From IMG/VR virus record IMGVR_UViG_3300036760_000522, positions 124,001 through 188,000 of that record: a stretch of DNA of 64,000 nt. One strand, 5' to 3'. A program made the position numbers and the translations under genes. The notes under the pieces are model-generated. The model did no database searches. It worked only from the letters and a program-made list of their open reading frames with translations, and was not told the DNA's origin. How positions within the stretch are numbered: the stretch's first letter is position 1; each line of letters begins with the position of its first letter. Shown in pieces: positions 36,900 through 46,300 of the stretch.

Positions 36900-37442
36900 T
36901 CAGTTCATCATGGCGGCGGCCTCCGGCGGGACGGGAATCTTCGAGAGTTCTACGAGCTTGGCGACGTTGACCTTGTAGCGGTTACCACCGAGACTATCGA
37001 TAACGCGGAGCGTCTTTAGTCTCGTCAGCTGGGCGTTTACTCGGTTCTTTGCCACCATCTTTTTGAGACCGGAGCCCCAAATGGCTTCGGCGGTGCACTG
37101 GTAGTCCAGCTCGGGGTTCTCCAAGAGCCGGAACGCGATTCGCCAACAGATGGGTGTGCTCGGCGGCAGGACGTATTCCTGTTGGGGCCGTAACTGGGTC
37201 GAGCCGTTGAGCCCTGGTGTCGGTTGTGACGAACCGTTTGTGGCCTGGATTGGGGGACAATCATCATCACAGCGGCCGTGGGCGATGACTTCTTGTAGGT
37301 GGGCCTCTGTCTTGGTCTCGACTTCCTTGGCCTTGATCAAGGCTTTGGTCAGGTCGGCGACGTTCTTTTTCGCCACGTCGAGAGCGTGAACAGCGTCGAT
37401 TACAAGGTCGACGCCTTCGTTTCTATGGGAAGTCTTGGCCAA
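36900..37442 (-). CDS. Coiled-coil plus winged-HTH-like DNA-binding protein (element regulator candidate)
   Basis: N-terminal coiled coil; C-terminal RVNAQLTRLKTLRVIDSLGGNRY. Confidence 0.6.
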   Translation of the reverse strand: MAKTSHRNEGVDLVIDAVHALDVAKKNVADLTKALIKAKEVETKTEAHLQEVIAHGRCDDDCPPIQATNGSSQPTPGLNGSTQLRPQQEYVLPPSTPICWRIAFRLLENPELDYQCTAEAIWGSGLKKMVAKNRVNAQLTRLKTLRVIDSLGGNRYKVNVAKLVELSKIPVPPEAAAMMN

Positions 37443-37451
37443 GCCACCGCA

Positions 37452-37552
37452 GTCTACACAAGCGCAGGACCCTGTCTACACCGTCGTGTAAATCCAGACC
37501 GTTTTACCAGGCAGCTACACGATTTACCGGGCAGAGAGGTTTACACAGGCAA
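37452..37552. repeat. Subterminal repeats at the right end of the transposon
   Basis: TTTACCAGGCAG (37503), TTTACCGGGCAG (37523), TTTACACAGGCAA (37540); GTCTACAC at 37452 and 37474. Confidence 0.7.
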
Positions 37553-37556
37553 AGCC

Positions 37557-37565
37557 ACGACTCGG
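37557..37565. repeat. Right target-site duplication
   Basis: ACGACTCGG. Confidence 0.9.
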
Positions 37566-38033
37566 ATGTAAGCGTCCTAGCATCTTGCCAACCGGACAAG
37601 GTCCCATGTCCGCCAGGAATTCTTCGAACACTTGCCACCGAGGGTCTACTCGAACTCCTCGCTTCTCAGCAAAATAGCGCATGTGCGCCCAAGACTGGTA
37701 CGTGCTGTTTTGACAGCTCCCTCTACGGGCACAGCCGTGTCGTATGTGGCGTCCACGTCCACTGAAACGACAACCACAGCCCTTGCTGAGACCTGCACAC
37801 AAACTGTCAACTTGGACACCTCGCTGTATGCCACAAGCGCAGTGACATTTGACGTACAGTTTGCGGCCTCGCTTATACGGTGGCGACATCACGACCCAAT
37901 GGCCAAACGTCACGCCTCGTTTGATCGAGACCATCTTGGCCTCTGTTCCGATTATGACTTTTCTGCGCACCCTTCCTCCTTCAATTCCCAGTCCGATCTG
38001 ATCTCTACCCCAAATCAGCACTTTCATTTTCAA
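37557..38033 (-). pseudogene. 5' half of the HNH-type homing-endonuclease-like gene
   Basis: FGHWVV..CHCACG..SKGCGC..TYQSWAHM..RWQVFEEFLADMGPCP..LGRLHPSR. Confidence 0.85.
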
Positions 38034-38067
38034 GTTTTGAGCGGTCTCAACCGTATTTAGCTACGCC

Positions 38068-40650
38068 ATGGTACACGACCGAAAAACCTGTATGTCCAGA
38101 TTTGGCACATTACTCGCGATCTTGCTTGTTGTCGCAGGTTGCGGAGAAAGCCTCTACGGACCTAAACAAATTGATATACCGGGCTCCGCCCCTATCCCGC
38201 CCGAACCCGAAACCCCCTCCATCACAGCGAGTTCGGGAGGCTCTCAAAGTGGAACGGATCCCACCGCACTTGAGCCAGACGCGGGTGCCGATAACCTAGG
38301 CGGTTCTGGTGGATCTGGTGGCAGCTCCTCTAGTGGCGGGACCGCAGGAGTGACTGGCGGCGGCGGAAATAGTGCAGCCGGTGCACCCAACACGACATTT
38401 TGCGACCCGGCCACTACACAGTGCAACGGTTCCGCATTTGAAACATGCCGCCAAGATGGCTCGGAATGGATCCCAACCGAAACTTGTCCGTTCGCCTGTG
38501 ACGACGAATTCGGGTGCATCGGCGAGTGCGTCCCCGAAGATGCCCGCTGTACGCTCAACTTAGGGGAACACGAGATCTGCGACGCCTTCGGTCAATGGTC
38601 GACTGAATCATGCCCCTTCGGCTGCGAAAACGGTGCGTGTACGGGCGTATGTGTGCCTGGGACCAACGCGTGTCTGCAAATTCCCGACCTGACCATGACC
38701 CTGATCACTGCCTTGTGTGACGGACAAGGGTCCTTTGTCCAGACCGACATTTGTGACTTCGTGTGCAAAGAGGAATCGGGCGTAGCCTACTGTACCGGGG
38801 AGTGCGTCCCCGGAACCAAGCGATGTGCCGGAGGGCCGGCCGTCGAGCTCTGCGACTCGGACGGCGAGTGGATCCCCGACGCCGACTGTGAATTCGCTTG
38901 CGAGGGTGACGGCGTCTGTGCCGGAACCTGTGAGCCAGGGACGATGCGTTGTTCTGGGCTCGGAATCGAATCCTGTGACACCCAGGGGGCTTGGCAACCT
39001 GCTACGACGACTTGCCCCTATGCCTGCCTGAACGGAGCTTGCACGGGCAACTGTGTGCCCGGAACCCTACGTTGCAACGGCTCTGCGACCGAGACTTGCG
39101 ACACCTTGGGAGAATGGGGATCGACCGTCTCGTGTCCGGTCGATCCTAACACGGCGCCAATCTGCTCAGGAGCCGGCATCTGTGGCACTGCCTGCACTTC
39201 TGGCTTCGCTGACTGCACAGCTGCTCCGGGATGTGAAACCACACTTGGGTCGTCGACCAACTGTGCCGCCTGTGACGACGCGTGCACGGCGACACCCGAG
39301 AACGCTGATCCAATTTGTGTCGGCGCCGTCGAGGGCTGTGGATTCACGTGCATCCAAGGTTTCGCCGACTGTACGGCCGACCCTGGATGTGAAACGAACA
39401 CCCAGAACGACGAAACGAACTGCGGCGTGTGTGGGCTCGCGTGCAACGGTGGCCAGTGTTTCAACGGCGCCTGCGAGTACCCGGGAATCGAACCAATTGC
39501 GGTCCATCCAGGAGGAAATAGCAGCGGGTGGGGTGACCGCATCGCTCAAGACGCGGACAACCTCTACACCTTCGAATACGACTACACCGAGAACCAAGTC
39601 ACTGTTCGAAAAATGCCCAAGAACGGGAGTGTGTCCGAAGTCATCACTAGCTTTGAATACTCGCCCCAAGCCGAGATCAGCATTGGAGTCGCTGATATGT
39701 TGTCAGCCGGACAACATTTGTACATCATCAAGCAGACGTACGTCGCATTTGTCGGCATCACGTCATCCGAGATCATTCGCTGTCCGACAACAACGCCTAA
39801 TCCGCTCGACTGCACACAAGTTTATAGCGGGACGGGGAGTTCACACCAACGCCTTGTGAAAAACTCGACACACGTCTATTGGCACAACGAGGACCAGGAA
39901 GGACCGTGCCTTGTGAATGGCAATGGGTGTGATCCGACGGGCTACCCGTTTAGGTCCGTAACGTTCTACCGCACATTGATCGATTCAGCATCGCCGTCAA
40001 ACGAACTTGTCTACTCCCTCTCAGGAACCTGGTTCGTGGAGCCAAAAATCGTCGTCGATGACGATTTCATTTACTACTGGCACGTCGAGAGAGGCACAGT
40101 AGCTCTCAATCAATATGTCTATCAAGCGTACCTGACGAAGCACTCGCTAGCTGAGCCAACGACAGCGCCCGAGAATGATATTGGATTGGCGGCTTTCGCC
40201 ACCTACATCAACGAGAATGGTTTCCTTGTCGAGGGCCGACCTCTGCACTACCCAGTCGATTTGATCAAGATGGAGTCGGGTCAGATCATTGCAACCTCCG
40301 ACAACAAATACTTCATCTTCGGTGCCTACCCCGAGGACACGACAGCCGAGCTGCTACACGTCGTGCAGTCCGTACAAAGCATCGTACCTACCGACGAATA
40401 CCTGTTCAACAAAGACGACCGAATCTACACACCCACTCAATGGCTGGATGTGAGAAACTTCACACGCGGCTACTGGACAACGTATCCGCACCAAGCTTAT
40501 GCGATCATGTCCGACGTTGCCGACGACGACTACGTGTACTTCCTGAGCTGGGGCTACTGGAACGAGTACCAATATCAGATAGATGGTCCTGACGTGGTGA
40601 CCCCTCAGACGCTTTATCGTGCCCCAGTGACTACGTACCAGGTGTTCTAG
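38068..40650 (+). CDS. Large Cys-rich repeat lipoprotein with C-terminal beta-propeller-like domain (myxobacterial type)
   Basis: LLVVAGC lipobox, Gly/Ser linker, repeated C.G.C.PG..RC.G...E.C...G.W and GFADC...GCET motifs. Confidence 0.85.
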   Translation: MVHDRKTCMSRFGTLLAILLVVAGCGESLYGPKQIDIPGSAPIPPEPETPSITASSGGSQSGTDPTALEPDAGADNLGGSGGSGGSSSSGGTAGVTGGGGNSAAGAPNTTFCDPATTQCNGSAFETCRQDGSEWIPTETCPFACDDEFGCIGECVPEDARCTLNLGEHEICDAFGQWSTESCPFGCENGACTGVCVPGTNACLQIPDLTMTLITALCDGQGSFVQTDICDFVCKEESGVAYCTGECVPGTKRCAGGPAVELCDSDGEWIPDADCEFACEGDGVCAGTCEPGTMRCSGLGIESCDTQGAWQPATTTCPYACLNGACTGNCVPGTLRCNGSATETCDTLGEWGSTVSCPVDPNTAPICSGAGICGTACTSGFADCTAAPGCETTLGSSTNCAACDDACTATPENADPICVGAVEGCGFTCIQGFADCTADPGCETNTQNDETNCGVCGLACNGGQCFNGACEYPGIEPIAVHPGGNSSGWGDRIAQDADNLYTFEYDYTENQVTVRKMPKNGSVSEVITSFEYSPQAEISIGVADMLSAGQHLYIIKQTYVAFVGITSSEIIRCPTTTPNPLDCTQVYSGTGSSHQRLVKNSTHVYWHNEDQEGPCLVNGNGCDPTGYPFRSVTFYRTLIDSASPSNELVYSLSGTWFVEPKIVVDDDFIYYWHVERGTVALNQYVYQAYLTKHSLAEPTTAPENDIGLAAFATYINENGFLVEGRPLHYPVDLIKMESGQIIATSDNKYFIFGAYPEDTTAELLHVVQSVQSIVPTDEYLFNKDDRIYTPTQWLDVRNFTRGYWTTYPHQAYAIMSDVADDDYVYFLSWGYWNEYQYQIDGPDVVTPQTLYRAPVTTYQVF

Positions 40651-40714
40651 AGAGTGTTGCGACCGATGTTGTGCTGCTAACCAGAAACATGCTAGGGTCC
40701 ACCCGGGCCCCAGC

Positions 40715-40909
40715 GTGAAACCAACGTCGACACGGATCCCGTACCCAATTCTTCTCGTCTACGCGCTGGGCCTCGGAATCACCACGGCCGCCATTGCACG
40801 TGCAGCTCTAGAGAGTGACCAAGAATACACCTGGGTTGCCTGGGTTTTCATTGCGTTTGTCCTAAACGACGCCCGTAAGACATTTAGACGCCACGAGAGC
40901 AGGCTGTGA
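40715..40909 (+). CDS. Small two-TM protein
   Basis: Two hydrophobic segments. Confidence 0.55.
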   Translation: MKPTSTRIPYPILLVYALGLGITTAAIARAALESDQEYTWVAWVFIAFVLNDARKTFRRHESRL

Positions 40910-41265
40910 TGTCTGACATCGAAACCAGGATCATTTCGTGGAGGGACTTCATGTCAGGTCTTTCTGACATCGTTCCACCCTATCCTTGCCCCATATTCTG
41001 TCCATCTTGCAAAGCAAGACACCTCGACATAGGGCCCTGGTTGACACGACTACACAAGAAACACCTGTGTCTCGAATGCGAAAAGATATTCGTCACCTCG
41101 AACACACACCCAACCGTAGGCGTCAGCAACGAGTTTCTACAAAGCAAGCATCTGACAAAGCCGGAAATCATCGCCAGGCGCACTATGGGAATCAAACCGT
41201 ACCTCGTATTGGAAGACGAACGCCTCGCTTGGCTAGCTGTAGCCAAGACACTCACTGGGGACTGA
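40906..41265 (+). CDS. Hypothetical Zn-ribbon protein
   Basis: CPSC..H...H..HLCLEC. Confidence 0.7.
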   Translation: MMSDIETRIISWRDFMSGLSDIVPPYPCPIFCPSCKARHLDIGPWLTRLHKKHLCLECEKIFVTSNTHPTVGVSNEFLQSKHLTKPEIIARRTMGIKPYLVLEDERLAWLAVAKTLTGD

Positions 41266-41270
41266 TCAAA

Positions 41271-41909
41271 ATGTTCGTCCCCATGATTTCAGTCTTCCGA
41301 CCCACCGTCAGTGGGCACATAGAAATCAAGCACGAGGAGGTCGAAGAAACCCACTACATCGACACGCCTGACGGTAAAGGAACGGAAGTCAAATTCCCTA
41401 AGACACGTTGTTGTCGTCTCTATCGTACAGCAATCTTGCTGCCCAAGTTGCTCGCACAAGATTCACCTGCTGAGCAACTTGCAAACCGTCAAGTTGTGTC
41501 GGAAGCCTTTGGTGACGTGCTCATCGCAGGACTCGGAATCGGTATGACTACGGTCGCGATCCTACAAAGACCAATGGTACGCACGGTCACCGTCGTCGAG
41601 TCCGACGCTGAAGTCCTACGTGTTGTCGGAGACGTTCTCAAAAAGTTGCCCGACGCCCAGCGGAAACTCGGCTTCGTTCACGCAGACATCACTGAATGGA
41701 AACCGTACAAACGAAAATGGAGTACGATTTGGTTCGACATCTGGTCATCCGTCGATGAAGGGACAATTCCAACGATCAACTTCCTACACAAGAAGTACCA
41801 AAAGCACAAGCGCCCCGACGGTTACATGGGTTCGTATAAACAACAGTTTTTGCGCAACACTAGGAAAGATCAACGATCACCCCAGAAGGACTGGAGTGAT
41901 CTAGGCTAA
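41271..41909 (+). CDS. Spermidine-synthase-like SAM-dependent methyltransferase
   Basis: GDVLIAGLGIG, VTVVESD, HADI, IWFDIW. Confidence 0.8.
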   Translation: MFVPMISVFRPTVSGHIEIKHEEVEETHYIDTPDGKGTEVKFPKTRCCRLYRTAILLPKLLAQDSPAEQLANRQVVSEAFGDVLIAGLGIGMTTVAILQRPMVRTVTVVESDAEVLRVVGDVLKKLPDAQRKLGFVHADITEWKPYKRKWSTIWFDIWSSVDEGTIPTINFLHKKYQKHKRPDGYMGSYKQQFLRNTRKDQRSPQKDWSDLG

Positions 41910-42398
41910 CGTCGAGAGAAAATCGGCTAGTTCGCGATTTTCATCAGGGAGAGGGGAAACACAGCTCTCGAGCCAAGTCATAGCGCGTTCGAGCGTAGGA
42001 CTTCGGAAGTCAATCGGGATTGCTTGGTTAATTTCATCGATCGCGGAACGCAAGTCTTTAGGGGGTTTGACTTTTCTTTTCGACGATTTACACATTTTCG
42101 CAAGGTCAGGCGACCACACTGCCCCAGGCGCTAGTGTCCACACTACAGCGTTACGACCGGTACTTGTGGCCCGAACGCGATCAGAGTCAACAACCAAGCC
42201 ACAACTAACCAAGGCCACACGTGCGGGACGCTCGGCATTGCCTCCCGCTGCGAATCTTGCCTCCATTTCCTGGTCCGTCAGACCTTGTTCGTGTTCTTGT
42301 AAGAGCTTGAAACACAACTCTATGTTGGTCTCAGATCGCGCGATTGCAGCTTGGCGTGATGTCTCGGAGTGTTTTTGGAAGGGGCCTGGCGCAGCCAT
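41901..42398 (-). CDS. Winged-HTH phage protein
   Basis: ETSRQAA..GLTDQEM..RPARVAL..GLVVDS..TGRNAVVW. Confidence 0.75.
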   Translation of the reverse strand: MAAPGPFQKHSETSRQAAIARSETNIELCFKLLQEHEQGLTDQEMEARFAAGGNAERPARVALVSCGLVVDSDRVRATSTGRNAVVWTLAPGAVWSPDLAKMCKSSKRKVKPPKDLRSAIDEINQAIPIDFRSPTLERAMTWLESCVSPLPDENRELADFLSTLA

Positions 42399-42432
42399 AC
42401 TACCAAAACACCGGTGTTAAAACCTCCACCAC

Positions 42433-43335
42433 ATGACGACACTTCACGAGATTGGCAGAGCCAAGATTTACCTAGTTGACGACAGCCTGAATTGGCTCGC
42501 CACCCAGAAAGAAAACAGCTTTCAAGCAGTAGTTACTGATCCGCCTTACGGCGCCAACGAGTTCGCGACAAAAGAGCTTGAACATCTACGTAACGACAAC
42601 AAGGGTATATGGGGGACACCTCCTAAAGGACGTAGTCCTTTACCAAGATTCACCATACTGGATGACAGCGACATCGATTCGATGTCGCTGTTTTTCACAC
42701 AATTAGCAAAACAACTCCACCGAGTTCTTGTACCAGGAGCTCACGTCTTCATCGCTACGAACGTGCTGCTATCACAATACGTCTATATTGCGTTTCTGCA
42801 AAACGGCTTCAAGAAACGAGGGGAAGTAGTCCGGCTAGTCCAGACGCTTCGTGGTGGAGATCGTCCGAAAAATGCCGAAGACGAGTTTCCAGACATAACT
42901 GTCATGGCGAGATCCGCATGGGAGCCGTGGGGGATATTCCGCAAACCTTGTGAAGGCCGTGTCCAAGACAATCTGAAGAGGTGGAGAACAGGCGGTCTAC
43001 AAAGAGAAAGCGTGAGTCGACCTTTCACTGACGTCATCAAAAGTGCATTGCCCTCGGATGCGGAAAGAGCAATCTCACAACACCCTACTCTAAAACCTCA
43101 ACGGTTCATGAGACAAATTGTCAGAGCAGCTTTACCGCTTGGGGGAACGGTCATAGACCCATTCATGGGGTCTGGGTCCGTGGTCGCGGCTGCCTTACAC
43201 TTGGATTGTGACGTTGTTGGGCTCGAACGCGATCATGTTTTCTTCGAAGAGGCGAAAACTTCGATACCAAAATTTGTCGAAATCAACGATGACTTGTCGA
43301 ATCGTCGGGACTTCGACGCATTGATGGAGCTTTAG
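42433..43335 (+). CDS. Orphan N4-C/N6-A DNA methyltransferase (beta class)
   Basis: VTDPPY precedes HPTLKP and DPFMGSGS. Confidence 0.92.
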   Translation: MTTLHEIGRAKIYLVDDSLNWLATQKENSFQAVVTDPPYGANEFATKELEHLRNDNKGIWGTPPKGRSPLPRFTILDDSDIDSMSLFFTQLAKQLHRVLVPGAHVFIATNVLLSQYVYIAFLQNGFKKRGEVVRLVQTLRGGDRPKNAEDEFPDITVMARSAWEPWGIFRKPCEGRVQDNLKRWRTGGLQRESVSRPFTDVIKSALPSDAERAISQHPTLKPQRFMRQIVRAALPLGGTVIDPFMGSGSVVAAALHLDCDVVGLERDHVFFEEAKTSIPKFVEINDDLSNRRDFDALMEL

Positions 43336-43338
43336 TAG

Positions 43339-46300
43339 CTAGAGAACTTCATTGGTCAGCAACAATTCCGACGCACGCGCTAACACAATAGTCGCCGGAT
43401 CGACCATTGACCGTGCCGGATTGTTGGTAATTGGGTGGCCGGTCAGACGATACAAATCGGCGGCGCTGTAGCCCTCACCCGTACCTGCCGTGCTCACCTG
43501 GACGGCATTGATGTTGTCCGCCCCGCTGTCCGTAGGTCGAGCTGTCGTCGCGATAAGCATCAGCAGCTCATCGCCGGCCGACACCTCGTTGGCTCCGACG
43601 TTGGTCGGCACATTCCGGACCAACATGGCAAGCCCTGCCAAAACCCCTCCAGAGGTCGTGTGGCTGGCGCTAGGAGGGGTGATCGCCCCCACGTCGCCAC
43701 CGGAGTGCCCAAACACTGAAAACGCGCTACCGCCTCGATTGGTGCGGTAGTTGGTCAGGACCGAGTAGTTGCCGTCGTTACCGTCCACATGGACCACGGT
43801 CTCCCCAGCATGTCCGCCAGTCACCGAACCTGTGTGGACGGGTACTGTTTCGTATTCGAGATTCTGGACCGGTGCGACTGAAGCTGCCTGGATCCCAGGT
43901 GCACTGTAATCAACCGAAAACGGCCCAATGTCTCCGACGTAGTTCCCCCGGAAGTCCTTGTCCCGGAAGAGCGCTCCCAACGGGAGACGCTCGGTCATCC
44001 CCAGATATTCAGAGCCGATCGGAAGACTTCTCTCAGACGTAGTTAGGGCCTCAGGCGTTGGCGTTGCACGTGGAACAACAGTAGTCGCCGGGATCAGCCA
44101 CGGCTCGTATCCCGGAACACGCACATCCTCATCGCTGGCGGGAACATCCCCTGAAAGCCGTCCCGTGCCAAGAGTGGTTACGAATTTAACACTAGCTAGG
44201 ACCTCGAGGACCTTTTGGTTCGGTCGAGTGAGGTTCGAGTATTCCAAACTCGTATTCAACAGCTGGTAACGTATGGCTGTTGTGAGTGTGCCTGGCTTGT
44301 ACCCAAGATCCGATTGGGTGCTCTGGCTGCCCCAAACATCTCCTTGGTACGGAGTCCGGCTGTAGTTGATCGCGATCTCGTCCCCTGCTTTGGGTGCCCC
44401 AGGAAAAATGAAAACGGGATTAGTAATGTGCAACCCCGCTGCGCCTGTCCCTTCTCTGCCAAAGGTACCTAGTAGTCTAGTGAGCACAAGACGTGCATCC
44501 TGGTTAAGATCAAAAAACCCACGGTCGCACCCAAAGATAGACGCTTCAATCACGTAGTTCGCGGCACTGAACGACGCAATGGGATTTGGGCTTTTCGAAA
44601 TGTCGATCACGTCAGCGTTAAGAATGAACGTCGGATCGCCATCGACGTCAGATTCAATCCAGAATGTAGGTCCAGAGAAATTTTGACGCAGAAGATTTGT
44701 TGCGCCGCCAGTTTCTGCTTCACGTGTTGAAGGATTGAATGCACTACCCTCGGTACCATAGTCCTGGGCTTCGTACACTGCGAACAAGCGGGCAATACCG
44801 TAAAATGGAGGAAGCTCCAAACCCTGACGACCAAGACCTCGCCCGTCCACAAAGAACCGCATTCCAGCCATCAAATTGGTGAACCCAAGAAATGATGTGT
44901 TGTAGGCGGCAGCCGTCAGCGTAGTGAAGTTGTACGTCGAAAATAACTGGTAACTCACAGACCCACTACCAGCCGTTAAGGGCACGTAGTTCTGCACCGA
45001 AGGAGCCAGAGGAGCCGCACCTTTACGTGCCTCAATCCCAAAATTGATCCCTTGATCAAAGTCTCCGGCGTCTGTCCACAAAATAGGAACTCGAACCTCA
45101 CCCCAACCAGGCACCAGACGACGTGGAACAACCACCACCATATTACCAGAAGTGGCACTTGGATCAGCGTAGCTAGCGAACAACATCAGAGGATCTGTAG
45201 CCCCCCACTTCACTCCACCTGCCGGGGTATTGGCCGGCATTGCGCCAAACGTTGGGCTAAAACCAGGCCCCGCAGTTTTCTGTATCGTTTTGAAAGTGGA
45301 ATTTGCCGGGACTCCTCCGGTACCTGCTGTGTACGGAATCCGACGAAAAGGAGTCAGTACAACTGTTTTGCTTCCGGGGTCGGCATACGACTCGCAAGTC
45401 GAAGGCAGACCTCCATTGAATGTCGCGTTACGATACCGACTCCACTGCGCAAGCCATGTGGTACGCAGGGTCTGGTTATCAGCAGGGAGACCTTGAATTT
45501 GTAACAAGATCTCCGAATTGCCTGACAAATACGCAAGACTGTGTATCGCGTCAGGTCGACGTGAAAGCCCACGCCCAGCACCGTACAACACGTGCATCGT
45601 GATGAACGCTCCAACGTTTCTGACAACGAATCCTCCGAGAAGAGTGATGAGCAAATCCCCGATGCCGTTGTTCGCGACGCTGTAGTGAGCTAACGACAAG
45701 TCCGCAATCTCACCAAGAAACCGAATCTTGACGTACGATTGGACCGCAACAAGCGTGATTTGATCAACATCTGATCCGGGCAGTGAGCCTGTGAACAAGC
45801 TCTTCGGCACCGTGATCACGTTCGTTGGTTGAAACCCGGTTCCGGAAGGGTGGTTGATGGTTACTCCAACACCTACCCCACCACCGAAACCAGCCCCCAA
45901 CGTGCCTCCAATTTCCACCACAGTGGTTGAGGTTCCTGGGGTGTTGATAGGAATCACCACTGCCTGCAAAAGCGCGGGATCACCCCAGACTTGACGAATC
46001 CCGTCAGGTGCGTCTAACTTCGTGACTCCAAGCGCTCCTGGAGAGGCCGAAATCTTGTCTTGGTAGAACACGAACGAACCTTGTGGACCCCCACCTGTAC
46101 GCTTCCACGTCGCCCTGAGGCGTCCTCGCAGAAGACGATCCAGGTTTCCCCGCAACAGTGCCTCGTAGTCCAACGACGGCCCAGTCAAGTGTCGCAAATC
46201 CAGGATATCGTCCTTGATGACTTGGTCCGCAAACAGACCGTCTGGTCGCCCCGAAAGCACTGTGACGGTCGACCCTGATGCGTGAGCTTCTGCTAACGAA

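Larger units (their letters stand above)
28899..37556. mobile_element. Non-autonomous cargo transposon (8,658 bp)
   Basis: TIRs GGCTTTGCCTGAGAAA and TTTACACAGGCAAAGCC (11 bp perfect, then partial), 9-bp TSD, interrupts a gene, no transposase among the internal ORFs. Confidence 0.88.

Noticed and set aside
36022-36900. Possible CRISPR locus near the Cas2-like gene
   Set aside because: I saw no regularly spaced direct repeats and no other cas genes.
28888-37565. 11-bp direct repeat CCACGACTCGG as an integrase att core
   Set aside because: The extra CC on the right belongs to the inverted terminal repeat. TIRs plus a 9-bp TSD fit better, and no integrase is present.
39053-39859. 268-aa alternative-frame ORF, and similar long antisense ORFs elsewhere
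   Set aside because: These are frame shadows of GC-rich real genes with no recognisable motifs.
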